A stretch of DNA of 64,000 nt from Micrococcales bacterium (GTDB lineage: Bacteria > Actinomycetota > Actinomycetes > S36-B12 > GCA-2699445), in the NCBI GenBank assembly GCA_002699445.1, contig PAAU01000022.1:16827-80826 (forward strand). The letters are read 5' to 3'. Shown in pieces: positions 27,381 through 35,952 of the stretch. Both the position numbers and the translations under genes were made by a program. Within the stretch, counting starts at the first letter, position 1. Every line of letters starts with the position of its first letter. The notes below the pieces were generated by a model, which did not search any database, was not told the origin of the DNA, and worked only from the letters and a program-made list of their open reading frames with translations.

Positions 27381-29033
27381 ATGACAGTCGGCGAATCCTC
27401 GATCACAGGTCACGGTGGCACTCTCGCAGTTACCGCAGCACATCATCACGGTCAAGACATCATGTGGACCCTTTCGGGCGCACACATTTTCCCGTTGTAC
27501 GACGCCGCAGTAGGGGAAAGCACACCGATGCGCATCATCGATGTCCGGAGCGAAGCTACCGCGGCCTTTGCAGCAGAAGCGACCGGAAAGTTAACGCGAA
27601 CACCAGGACTGGCGGTGGTCACTGCAGGTCCCGGTGTCACTAACACTGTGAGTGCAATTTCCGGTGCTTGGTTCAACGGGTCACCAATGGTAGTTCTTGG
27701 TGGACGAGCCCCCGCGGCTCGGTGGGGCTCGGGTGCCTTGCAGGAGTTGGACCATCCTCCCATCTTGGCCCCCGTCACCAAGTCTGCGGCAACCGTGCAC
27801 GACCCCGCGCGTATCGCGGCTGAGGTAGATGCCGCATTCCGATTGGCCAGTAGCTCTCACCGTGGGCCTGTCTTCCTAGACATTCCCATGGATGCGCTCT
27901 TCGCCCACAGCGACGGTAACTTGTCTGCACCTGATGACAGCGAGTCGCCGATCGATGAGGAAAGCATCACCGAAATAGCCCGTCTCATCGCTAGTGCGAA
28001 ACGGCCAGTTCTGATCTTGGGCGGAGACGTTTGGGCGGATGGCGCTGAGCACCAAGCCGCCGAACTAGCACAACAGCTGAATCTTCCTACTATCGCGAAC
28101 GGTATGGGTCGTGGTGTCCTGCCCCCCAATAGCCCTTCGTTGGCGACGCGAGCCCGAGGCAGTGCCTTCAAGGAAGCTGATCTCGTCGTTGTCGTCGGCG
28201 CGCCACTCGATTTCCGGTTAGGTTTCGGTGCTTTCGGTTCACCTGATCAGCCAGCAGCGGTCGTGCACATCGCGGACAGTCCTGAACAACTTGCGGGGCA
28301 TACACCCCTGGCCGCGGCAACGGCCGGTCCGCTGCAACGCATCCTTGCCCAGATGTTGACCGAATACGAACGAGCAACGGATATTAAGGACCATCGCAGC
28401 TGGACTTCACGTCTCCGAGAGATGCACCTCGCGGCAATCGCCGCGGACTCGGAACTACTGTCCAGCAACGCCGATCCCATTCATCCAGCACGTATCTACG
28501 GCGAACTGCTACCGCGCCTGACTGATGACACGGTTGTGATCGGCGATGGTGGTGATTTCGTCTCCTTCGCGGGCCGATTTATCCAGCCCGAACGGCCCGG
28601 AAACTGGCTAGATCCTGGTCCTTATGGCTGCTTAGGGACTGGGCTTGGGTACGCCATGGCGGCTCGGGTTGCGCGACCTGACAGCCCGGTGGTGCTTCTC
28701 ATGGGTGACGGAGCTGCTGGCTTCTCCTTGATGGATGTCGATACGCTCATACGCCACGATCTTCCGGTCGTGATGGTGGTCTGTAACAACAGCGCTTGGG
28801 GACTTGAAAAACACCCGATGCAGTTTCTTTATGGATACGACGTTGCCGCAGACCTCCGTCCTACAAACTACGACAAGGTCGTTACGGCTTTGGGCGGCGC
28901 TGGCGAGACCGTGACTGATCCAGATGAAGTGGGATCGGCTTTAGATCGCGCGCTAGCCGCCAAGGTTCCCTACCTAGTCAATGTTGAGACCGACACTGCG
29001 GTCGCTTACCCACGCAGTACGACTGGGATTTGA
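27381..29033 (+). CDS. Thiamine-pyrophosphate-dependent enzyme (acetolactate synthase large subunit/IlvX-like)
   Basis: 550-aa ORF with three-domain TPP enzyme architecture. TPP-binding motif GDGAAGFSLMDVDT...NNSAWG. Confidence 0.8.
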   Translation: MTVGESSITGHGGTLAVTAAHHHGQDIMWTLSGAHIFPLYDAAVGESTPMRIIDVRSEATAAFAAEATGKLTRTPGLAVVTAGPGVTNTVSAISGAWFNGSPMVVLGGRAPAARWGSGALQELDHPPILAPVTKSAATVHDPARIAAEVDAAFRLASSSHRGPVFLDIPMDALFAHSDGNLSAPDDSESPIDEESITEIARLIASAKRPVLILGGDVWADGAEHQAAELAQQLNLPTIANGMGRGVLPPNSPSLATRARGSAFKEADLVVVVGAPLDFRLGFGAFGSPDQPAAVVHIADSPEQLAGHTPLAAATAGPLQRILAQMLTEYERATDIKDHRSWTSRLREMHLAAIAADSELLSSNADPIHPARIYGELLPRLTDDTVVIGDGGDFVSFAGRFIQPERPGNWLDPGPYGCLGTGLGYAMAARVARPDSPVVLLMGDGAAGFSLMDVDTLIRHDLPVVMVVCNNSAWGLEKHPMQFLYGYDVAADLRPTNYDKVVTALGGAGETVTDPDEVGSALDRALAAKVPYLVNVETDTAVAYPRSTTGI

Positions 29034-29069
29034 TTAATCGATTGGCGCTCGGTTTGGCCTGACCGGCTG

Positions 29070-29459
29070 CTAAACAAATTTGTCGCGATTCACTATCGCT
29101 CGAACGACCGAGCCGGCCAACAAGACTCGTTGTTCTGCATCCATAAGTCGGACCTGAAATCGCAATCGGCGACCTGAAACTTCTGCGACCATGGCGTCTG
29201 CAATCACAACGGCGCCAACCCAGCTAGGCAGGAGATGATCAATCTCGACGTGCGTACCCACAGTGGTCTGATCGGAATCCAAAACGTCGCCCACCGCCGC
29301 ACAGCTAGCAGCCTCGACCCAAGCAATCGCACGAGGAGTTGCTAATACCGGGAGGTCACCACTTCCCAAGGCTTCAGCCGTATCGACCGCAGCTACCGTA
29401 AAGGAGATTTCAGCTCGTTTACCAACCGTCACGCCTGCCATGGCTCGACCGTAGGGCAA
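29070..29459 (-). CDS. Hotdog-fold thioesterase (FlK-like family)
   Basis: 129-aa ORF. The pattern LGSGDLPVLATPRAIAWVE is typical of small actinobacterial hotdog thioesterases. It lies 6 nt downstream of pilT. An alternative start is at 29441. Confidence 0.6.
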   Translation of the reverse strand: MPYGRAMAGVTVGKRAEISFTVAAVDTAEALGSGDLPVLATPRAIAWVEAASCAAVGDVLDSDQTTVGTHVEIDHLLPSWVGAVVIADAMVAEVSGRRLRFQVRLMDAEQRVLLAGSVVRAIVNRDKFV

Positions 29460-29465
29460 CGAGAC

Positions 29466-30617
29466 TTATTGCACCAGCCCCAGCCTGCGTAACTCAACGA
29501 TGAGGTCATGGGGATTAGTCGACGATGCCAACGCCGCATCCAAGGTGATCTGTCCGTCCGAGAATAGGCGAGTGAGATGCTGATCAAAGGTTTGCATCCC
29601 GTAGTAGCTTCCCTCAGATACCAACTGGCCGATCGTAGAGGTCTTTTCGGGATCAGCGATCGCTTCAGCCACGCGTCCTGTGTTAACACAGATTTCCATG
29701 GCGACCGCACGACCATCCCCATGTGCTTTGGGAACGAGTCGCTGGCACAAGATCCCTCTCAGCGAGCCCGCCAGACTCAATCTCACCTGGGCCTGCTCAT
29801 GTGGCGGAAAAAAGTCAATGATTCGAGTTATGGTTTCTTCAGCATCCACCGTATGCAGTGTCGACATAACAAAGTGACCCGTTTCTGACGCCGAGATAGC
29901 TGCTCGAACAGTTTCCTGATCACGCATCTCGCCCACCAGGATCACATCAGGATCCTGACGCATTGCGGCTCGCATTGCGGTAGCAAAATCCTCAGTATCC
30001 ACATGGACCTCACGCTGATTGATCATCGCGAGTTTGTCGTTGTGAACAACTTCGATGGGATCCTCGATCGTGACGACGTGCACCTCACGATTTTGATTGA
30101 TGTAGTCGACCATGCCAGAAAGAGTCGTCGTCTTACCCGAGCCCGTGGGCCCAGTGACGAGCACGAGCCCCCGCGGCTCCAATGCCAACGGCGCCACCGC
30201 TTCCGGAAGCTCCAACTCAGTCAGTGCGATAGCACCTACCGAGACTGCACGAAACACTAACCCTGACGTGCCTCGTTGCCGGAACGCGTTGACTCGGAAA
30301 CGCCCCACACCTTCCATGGCGTAGGCAAAGTCTGCTTCATTCGTCGCGTCAAACGAAGCTACGAGATCACTACGCAAGACTTCGTGGACCATGTGTTCGG
30401 TGTCTTTGCCCGTCAGAACGTCTGCCTCGAGTCGACGCAGCCTGCCGTCCACTCGGATCCGAGGAGGTGACCCCACCTTGCAGTGCAGATCCGAGCCACC
30501 CGATTCGATGAGAGCCCTGAGGAAGGGCAATACCGACACTGGGGCTCGCTCAGTTTCAGACGGAGGTTTCTGCCATTCCGGGGGCAGTTCCGCAGCAGGC
30601 TGCGTCACTTGCGCCAC
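29466..30617 (-). CDS. pilT: PilT-family type IV pilus retraction ATPase homologue (orphan)
   Basis: 383-aa ORF with Walker A GPTGSGKTTT, Walker B DPDVILVGEMRD, and Asp/His boxes (TGHFVMSTLHT). No other pilus genes are present in the window. Confidence 0.85.
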   Translation of the reverse strand: MAQVTQPAAELPPEWQKPPSETERAPVSVLPFLRALIESGGSDLHCKVGSPPRIRVDGRLRRLEADVLTGKDTEHMVHEVLRSDLVASFDATNEADFAYAMEGVGRFRVNAFRQRGTSGLVFRAVSVGAIALTELELPEAVAPLALEPRGLVLVTGPTGSGKTTTLSGMVDYINQNREVHVVTIEDPIEVVHNDKLAMINQREVHVDTEDFATAMRAAMRQDPDVILVGEMRDQETVRAAISASETGHFVMSTLHTVDAEETITRIIDFFPPHEQAQVRLSLAGSLRGILCQRLVPKAHGDGRAVAMEICVNTGRVAEAIADPEKTSTIGQLVSEGSYYGMQTFDQHLTRLFSDGQITLDAALASSTNPHDLIVELRRLGLVQ

Positions 30618-30757
30618 TCCTCACGACTACACATATCGACCATTCTTTCGCTACGCCGAAAAAGTTTCGCATGGCCGAAGTACGGTCCCCCGAAACTCTT
30701 CTTGTGTATATATCGCATACTTAGTAGGTCAACATGAGCCCAATCCGGGAGGAAACC

Positions 30758-30832
30758 GTGAGCAAACGGGCAAGAAAGCGTCGTTCACGCAAGAAAAACA
30801 AGGCAAATGGCGGCAAGCGCCCCAACGCATAG
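30758..30832 (+). CDS. 50S ribosomal protein bL37-like micro-protein (24 aa)
   Basis: GTG start 5 nt after GGGAGG. The product MSKRARKRRSRKKNKANGGKRPNA closely resembles the actinobacterial bL37 I recall from mycobacterial ribosome structures (…KANHGKRPNA). Too short for the ORF track. Confidence 0.7.
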   Translation: MSKRARKRRSRKKNKANGGKRPNA

Positions 30833-30889
30833 TTCTTTTAGACTAGAAAACGTGGTGATCTACTTCGCGTTCTTGGGCAGCTAGCGGTC

Positions 30890-31210
30890 TCAATCCTCGT
30901 CTCGCGGCGAGATCTGTGACACTTCTACTGTCGTCTCGGCTACTACTGTGGCTGATCCATCTGGTCCTGAGATCCGTACTTCGGTGATGCGCTGCATGAT
31001 CCGAGTACGCAATTCGGCGGGCGCCGGGGAACAGCAGGACTTTCGGATCAGCTCCTGCACTTCCTGCTCGAGTCCGTAGTCCCTCAGGCAATCCCCGCAA
31101 TCGTCGAGGTGCCGCTGTACCTGTGCTTTGCGTTCATCGTCTAGTTCGTGGTGGAGGTACTCATAAACTTCCGCCAAGATTTCGCCACAGTCAGCGTTCT
31201 CGCACGACAT
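30890..31210 (-). CDS. rshA: Redox-sensing zinc anti-sigma factor (RsrA/RshA, ZAS family)
   Basis: [12 protein letters not shown]...HLDDCGDCL (HxxxCxxC ZAS motif) is collinear with Streptomyces RsrA. Its ATG overlaps the sigH stop (TGATG), and GGAGGTGGAG lies upstream. Confidence 0.9.
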   Translation of the reverse strand: MSCENADCGEILAEVYEYLHHELDDERKAQVQRHLDDCGDCLRDYGLEQEVQELIRKSCCSPAPAELRTRIMQRITEVRISGPDGSATVVAETTVEVSQISPRDED

Positions 31211-32031
31211 CACTCCACCTCCGCAGCATCCGAGATGAGGCCGCGGTCCGCCGCGTAGTCGCCGAGAAGCGATCGCAGTTGCTTACGCCCGCGATGCAGT
31301 CGGGACATGACAGTTCCCACTGGCGTGTCCATGATTTCGGCGATTTCCTTATAGGGAAAACCCTCGACATCAGCCAGATATACCGCCAACCGAAAATCCT
31401 CCGGTAATTCCTGCATCGCCGAAACTATGTCGGTGTCGGTAAGCCGAGCCATGGCCTCTTCTTCGGCACCGCGCAAACCTTCGGTGGGCTTGTGGAGCGG
31501 TCCGACTTGCCAGTCTTCAAATTCACCGGTGCTGATTTGCTGCGGTCGCCGCTGCCGCTGGCGATATTTGTTGATGTATAAGTTCGTCAAAATTCGGAAG
31601 AGCCAGGCTTTGAGATTGGTACCGTCGCGGTAGCTCTCGAACGCCGAAAACGCCTTCACATAGGCTTCTTGAACTAGGTCCTCGGCATCTGACGGATTTC
31701 GGGTCATCCGAAGCGCTGCGCCGTACATCGGATCGAGAAACGGCAGCGCGTCCCGTTCAAATCGTGCCTTGCGATCCTCCGCCGATTCACCAGATGGGCT
31801 GCGGCGCTGACTCCCACTTTCCGGATCCGCAGACTCAATATTCTGCTCCGGTTTAGCAGCGGCGGATGTGCCTTCCTCAGCCAAGAGTTCTCCGTTTTCG
31901 CGGTTATTATTCTTGCTCAACACTACGGCCTGTTGCGATGCAGCGCCCACTTCGGTCCCCAACGGCCAACTACCGCCGACTCGGATCGGAACTGATCCGG
32001 CTGCCGGAGTGATCTCAGACGTTCCCATCAT
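31210..32031 (-). CDS. sigH: ECF sigma factor SigH/SigR (long isoform ORF with about 90-aa N-terminal extension)
   Basis: The core [33 protein letters not shown]...[34 protein letters not shown] is nearly identical in pattern to S. coelicolor SigR. rshA lies immediately downstream. A SigH-type promoter sits 9 nt upstream of ATG 32031. A shorter isoform from internal GTG/TTG starts is possible. Confidence 0.9.
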   Translation of the reverse strand: MMGTSEITPAAGSVPIRVGGSWPLGTEVGAASQQAVVLSKNNNRENGELLAEEGTSAAAKPEQNIESADPESGSQRRSPSGESAEDRKARFERDALPFLDPMYGAALRMTRNPSDAEDLVQEAYVKAFSAFESYRDGTNLKAWLFRILTNLYINKYRQRQRRPQQISTGEFEDWQVGPLHKPTEGLRGAEEEAMARLTDTDIVSAMQELPEDFRLAVYLADVEGFPYKEIAEIMDTPVGTVMSRLHRGRKQLRSLLGDYAADRGLISDAAEVE

Positions 32032-32034
32032 GAG

Positions 32035-32826
32035 TCATCCAACGTCACCCAGCAGCCTCGCATTCCCGGAGACACTCCAACGCCGAAGTGATTGCAGTCT
32101 CAAAGCAGCTGAATTTTGTGCGAAACCTGCAATCGAGTGCATTGGGGTGCGCCGCCAAATGACGGTGTTCCAGGCTGCCTCACTCAGATATAGCCCAATT
32201 TCTTCCTGGGTCAGCGGCGCTTTCTTCTTGATTTGCATACTGTGATCCGCCCACGGCAGTCCAAGAACATCGACGGAAACACCGTGCTCACCCGTAGCCT
32301 CGATCAATTCCACTGGCGTTCCGAATGGGTCCCGATCGCCCTGTATCACTGTCACTAGGTGATTTTCTGCGGCTGACGCCAGCTCGTCGGATCGGTCAAC
32401 ATTTGGTTTACCTGGTGTATGGAGCGGAAACGCCAGACAAAGCACCCCGTCCACCTCAAGATCGCCAACAGTCCGACAGGCGGTCCGCGCACCACTGCTG
32501 CGGCCGCCCACGATCAAATGCCGCAGGGCCTCGCCTGAGCGACGCAGCCAGGTCACCGACTCACGAAATGCTGCATCGAGCTTTGACTTTGCCGGAGCCA
32601 CACTTTTACCCTCAAATGCCCACGGTTGCTCGAAAAGCACGACTTCGACTCCTCGTTGCGGCAAGTTGCCTGCCAATAACTGCAAATCCCACGAATTGAT
32701 CCCAGCACCAGCGCCGTGCGTCAAGGCGAGAGTGCCTCGAGGAACGCCTTCAGGTACTTCGTATACGTGGGCACGGGCGGTCCCAGCCGTTGTCTCAATT
32801 TCTGTCACTCGTGCCGTGGTAACCAC
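32035..32826 (-). CDS. Alpha/beta hydrolase (KANL3/Tex30-like family)
   Basis: 263-aa ORF with LTHGAGAG and GGRSSGAR motifs. Its 3' end contains the sigH promoter. Confidence 0.65.
   Translation of the reverse strand: MVTTARVTEIETTAGTARAHVYEVPEGVPRGTLALTHGAGAGINSWDLQLLAGNLPQRGVEVVLFEQPWAFEGKSVAPAKSKLDAAFRESVTWLRRSGEALRHLIVGGRSSGARTACRTVGDLEVDGVLCLAFPLHTPGKPNVDRSDELASAAENHLVTVIQGDRDPFGTPVELIEATGEHGVSVDVLGLPWADHSMQIKKKAPLTQEEIGLYLSEAAWNTVIWRRTPMHSIAGFAQNSAALRLQSLRRWSVSGNARLLGDVG
32041..32066 (-). promoter_or_regulatory. SigH/SigR-type promoter (GGAAT-N18-GTT) driving sigH-rshA
   Basis: The minus strand reads GGGAATGcgaggctgctgggtgaCGTT. GTT ends 9 nt before the sigH long-ORF ATG. It shares 11 fixed positions with the site upstream of mshA (55783-55808). 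Confidence 0.75.
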
Positions 32827-32858
32827 AGGATCATCCTGTCCGTTATTGAACGGTTTCG

Positions 32859-33683
32859 CTACCGTCGGGCGAACTTATTGGCTGTCTTGGCAGCTCGGTT
32901 TTGAAGCGCCCTGAGGAACCCACCTGGCGACCAGCGAAAGGTTCGCCATGCCGAACGCGCGGCCTTCGGGGTCACCACAAGTGCATCGTTAGCAGCCACA
33001 CCGCGCCGGATATCTGTCACTAATGCCGCGACCGGGTATATACCCCCCGGCAGCGACTCCGCCATCTTTCTGGTGGAGACCGGGATCGGTACCGCAGGCA
33101 GATCCGCTGGCATTTCCTTGTCCAGGATCGGCGTATCGGTGAAACCAGGACAGACCGCGGTAAAGCCCACTCCAGCCGCCGCGTATTCGACCCGCATTGA
33201 CAGCGTCATGCCCACTACTGCGTGCTTGGTTGCTCCGTATGGTGCCAATCCAGGCGCCGGAATGAGTCCAGCCAGCGATGCCGTATTCACGATCTGCCCA
33301 GAACCTTGCCGCAGTAGGTGAGGGAGAGCCGCGATTGTTCCGTGCACCACGCCACGCAGATTTACATCAATGGCTCGGTCCCAGTGCTTGACGTCTAACT
33401 CGTGACTCTTGCCACCAATACCCAGACCAGCATTGTTGTAGATAATGTCTAGTCGCCCATGCTGGGCTACCGTCTCGTCCACTAACTCAGCTATCGCCGC
33501 CGCATCACGGACATCTACAGAGCAGGCCCGCATCCAATTCGCATCGAATCGGTCCTGGAGCGCCACCAAGCCGGCAGAATCGACATCTACAGCGATGACC
33601 TGGTCACCATCTGCGATATGAGAGCGAACGAGTTCGGCGCCGATCCCAGAGGCGGCACCAGTAACAATGACAATGTGGCTCAT
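32859..33683 (-). CDS. Short-chain dehydrogenase/reductase (SDR)
   Basis: TGAASGIGAE cofactor motif and YGATKHAV (YxxxK) catalytic motif. Confidence 0.85.
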   Translation of the reverse strand: MSHIVIVTGAASGIGAELVRSHIADGDQVIAVDVDSAGLVALQDRFDANWMRACSVDVRDAAAIAELVDETVAQHGRLDIIYNNAGLGIGGKSHELDVKHWDRAIDVNLRGVVHGTIAALPHLLRQGSGQIVNTASLAGLIPAPGLAPYGATKHAVVGMTLSMRVEYAAAGVGFTAVCPGFTDTPILDKEMPADLPAVPIPVSTRKMAESLPGGIYPVAALVTDIRRGVAANDALVVTPKAARSAWRTFRWSPGGFLRALQNRAAKTANKFARR

Positions 33684-33725
33684 TCCTCCACGATGTCAGA
33701 GCAGTATTTCAGTACTGCGATAGGG

Positions 33726-34475
33726 CTAACTCTCAAATGAAATTGAGCGCATTAGTTCGGGGCCGTTATTGCGAACATTGTTGACTTCGGTTCCGACTGG
33801 CTCGGCCTTTAGCCAACCCGTGGGCTCTGGAGTTACCTCTGCTAATGCTTGGTTGGCATCGGTCTGAGCCGGATCCAACCACGCACTCCAATCACTGGCG
33901 GGAACGCACAAGGGCATTCGGTCATGGATGCGATCTAGACCTTGCGTTGCCGCAGTCGTGATGATCGTGGTCGTGCACAACCATCCCGCCGGATCATCTT
34001 GCGGGAGCCGAGGGTCCCGCCAAAACTCGTATAGTCCAGCCATCGCAACCCCTGAGCCATCTTCCGGGTGAACAAAGAAAGGCTGCTTTCGCGGTTTACC
34101 CTTCTTACCCCGCGGTGCCGATGGTTCGGTCGATGTGTACCACTCGTAATAGCCATCCGCAGGCACCAAACAGCGGCGTTTGCTCGCTGCGCGGCGATAG
34201 GACGGCTTGTCAGCCAACGTTTCAGCCCGCGCATTGATCATTCGCGAACCAATGCTGGGATCTTTGGCCCAACTCGGCACTAAACCCCACCTAGCCACGG
34301 CCAGTTCACGAGTTAATGAGGCACTAGTCTCCGTCTCGTACTCGGCCACAATGTAAACACTTTTGGTTGGGGCCACGTTGTAGTCGGCCGACAGATCTTG
34401 CTCAGTTGCCCGAGTAACATCGAACTCCACAACCAAGGCAGCCTTGTCGCGGCTTGCCGCATACCTGCCGCACAC
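33726..34475 (-). CDS. SOS response-associated peptidase (SRAP/YedK, abasic-site DNA-protein crosslink protein)
   Basis: N-terminal MCGRYA with catalytic Cys2. 249 aa, typical SRAP length. Confidence 0.85.
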   Translation of the reverse strand: MCGRYAASRDKAALVVEFDVTRATEQDLSADYNVAPTKSVYIVAEYETETSASLTRELAVARWGLVPSWAKDPSIGSRMINARAETLADKPSYRRAASKRRCLVPADGYYEWYTSTEPSAPRGKKGKPRKQPFFVHPEDGSGVAMAGLYEFWRDPRLPQDDPAGWLCTTTIITTAATQGLDRIHDRMPLCVPASDWSAWLDPAQTDANQALAEVTPEPTGWLKAEPVGTEVNNVRNNGPELMRSISFES

Positions 34476-34488
34476 CGCTGAGCTACCG

Positions 34489-35463
34489 TCAGCTCTCAGG
34501 GGGCGTGAAGGTCTTGGTCCGCTGCATCCCTGCTGCCCGGCCCTTACCAGCGATGACCAGGGCCATCTTGCGACTGGCTTCGTCGATCATCTCGTCGCCC
34601 AACATGACGGCTCCCCGCGCCCCGCCTTCGGCAGAAGTGAAGTAGGAGTAGGCGTCCAAAATGAGTTCTGCATGATCGTAGTCATCCTGCCGTGGGCTGT
34701 AGACCTCGTTGGCTGCCTCTACCTGACCAGGATGTAGTACCCATTTGCCGTCGAAACCTAGTGCAGCACTACGTTCCGCCACTCGGCGATAGCCGTCGAC
34801 ATCCTTGATCTGCAGGTACGGTCCGTCGATTGCCTGCTTGTCGTAGGCACGAGCCGCCATCAAAATCCGCGAAAGGATGTAGTGATAGGCGTCGCCCTCG
34901 GTGTACCCGGGCGGCTGCTCTCCAACGATAAGTGACTTCATGTTTATGCTGGCCATAAAATCAGCTGGTCCGAAAATGATGGTCTCGACTCTGGGTGAAG
35001 CCTGGGCGATCTCATCAACATTGACAAGTCCTAGAGCATTTTCGATCTGCGCTTCGATCCCGATCCGCCCCTGCTCAAAGCCCATCGTTTTTTCAATCTG
35101 GGTCAGCGTCATGTCTAGCCACTGAACCTGGGCTGCAGTCTGGACCTTAGGCAACATGATGCAGTCCAGGTTCTGGCCCGCATTTTCGACAATCTCTGTG
35201 ACATCTTGGTACGTCCACTGTGTGGTGAGGTCGTTCACCCGAACAACGCGGACTTTCTCTTGGTAACCGCCCTCGTTCAGCGCTGCCACGATATTTTTTC
35301 GGGCATCAGCCTTCGCGATTGGCGCAACCGAGTCTTCTAGATCCATGAAAATTTGATCTGCTGGGAGGCCCTTGGCCTTTTCCAACATCTTGGGGTTAGA
35401 GCCTGGAACCGCGAGATTTGACCGGCGGGGGCGTAGCGACTGGGCAGTGGAATCTTCGCTCAT
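34489..35463 (-). CDS. HpcH/HpaI aldolase-citrate lyase beta family protein (malyl-CoA lyase/CitE-like)
   Basis: 324 aa from ATG 35463 (GAGGTG lies 6 nt upstream). The motif FMDLEDSVAP and length resemble malyl-CoA/citramalyl-CoA lyases. Confidence 0.75.
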   Translation of the reverse strand: MSEDSTAQSLRPRRSNLAVPGSNPKMLEKAKGLPADQIFMDLEDSVAPIAKADARKNIVAALNEGGYQEKVRVVRVNDLTTQWTYQDVTEIVENAGQNLDCIMLPKVQTAAQVQWLDMTLTQIEKTMGFEQGRIGIEAQIENALGLVNVDEIAQASPRVETIIFGPADFMASINMKSLIVGEQPPGYTEGDAYHYILSRILMAARAYDKQAIDGPYLQIKDVDGYRRVAERSAALGFDGKWVLHPGQVEAANEVYSPRQDDYDHAELILDAYSYFTSAEGGARGAVMLGDEMIDEASRKMALVIAGKGRAAGMQRTKTFTPPES

Positions 35464-35655
35464 GAATGGCACCTCGTGTTGATGACCTACTTAGGACGCC
35501 GGCACCCGCTAAGCGATGCAGCAGCCCTACCACGTTATCCGTTGACGTTTCATCAGGAAATCCCGCCCCCACAAACGAACGACCGTGGCCTTAGTAAATG
35601 GGCTACAGGAGAGGACTCAAACCGCGTAATCTGCGGACTTAGGAGGTAAGCCGCT

Positions 35656-35952
35656 ATGCACGCACGAACTATCACGGCCAACATTGTGCCTGGACGCCTT
35701 GACGAAGCACTGCAGATTTTCCGTGACGAGATCCATCCCATGATCGAGCAACAGCCCGGACATATCAGCACGAACCTTTTCATCGATAGGGATCGAAATC
35801 GGGCACAGACGGTCACTATCTGGGAGTCGCGTGCCGCGGAACAAGCCACATCGGAGCGAAGCGAATATCTCAGCAAAGTGCTCGGGCGCCTTAACGGCTT
35901 CCTTGCCAACCGCCATGTCGCATCGTGGGAAGTCGCCGGAGGAAGCAATTAA
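35656..35952 (+). CDS. Antibiotic biosynthesis monooxygenase (ABM) domain protein
   Basis: 98-aa ferredoxin-like ABM pattern (ANIVPGRLDEAL...TVTIWESRAA). AGGAGG RBS. 4-nt convergent overlap with the EamA gene. Confidence 0.65.
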   Translation: MHARTITANIVPGRLDEALQIFRDEIHPMIEQQPGHISTNLFIDRDRNRAQTVTIWESRAAEQATSERSEYLSKVLGRLNGFLANRHVASWEVAGGSN

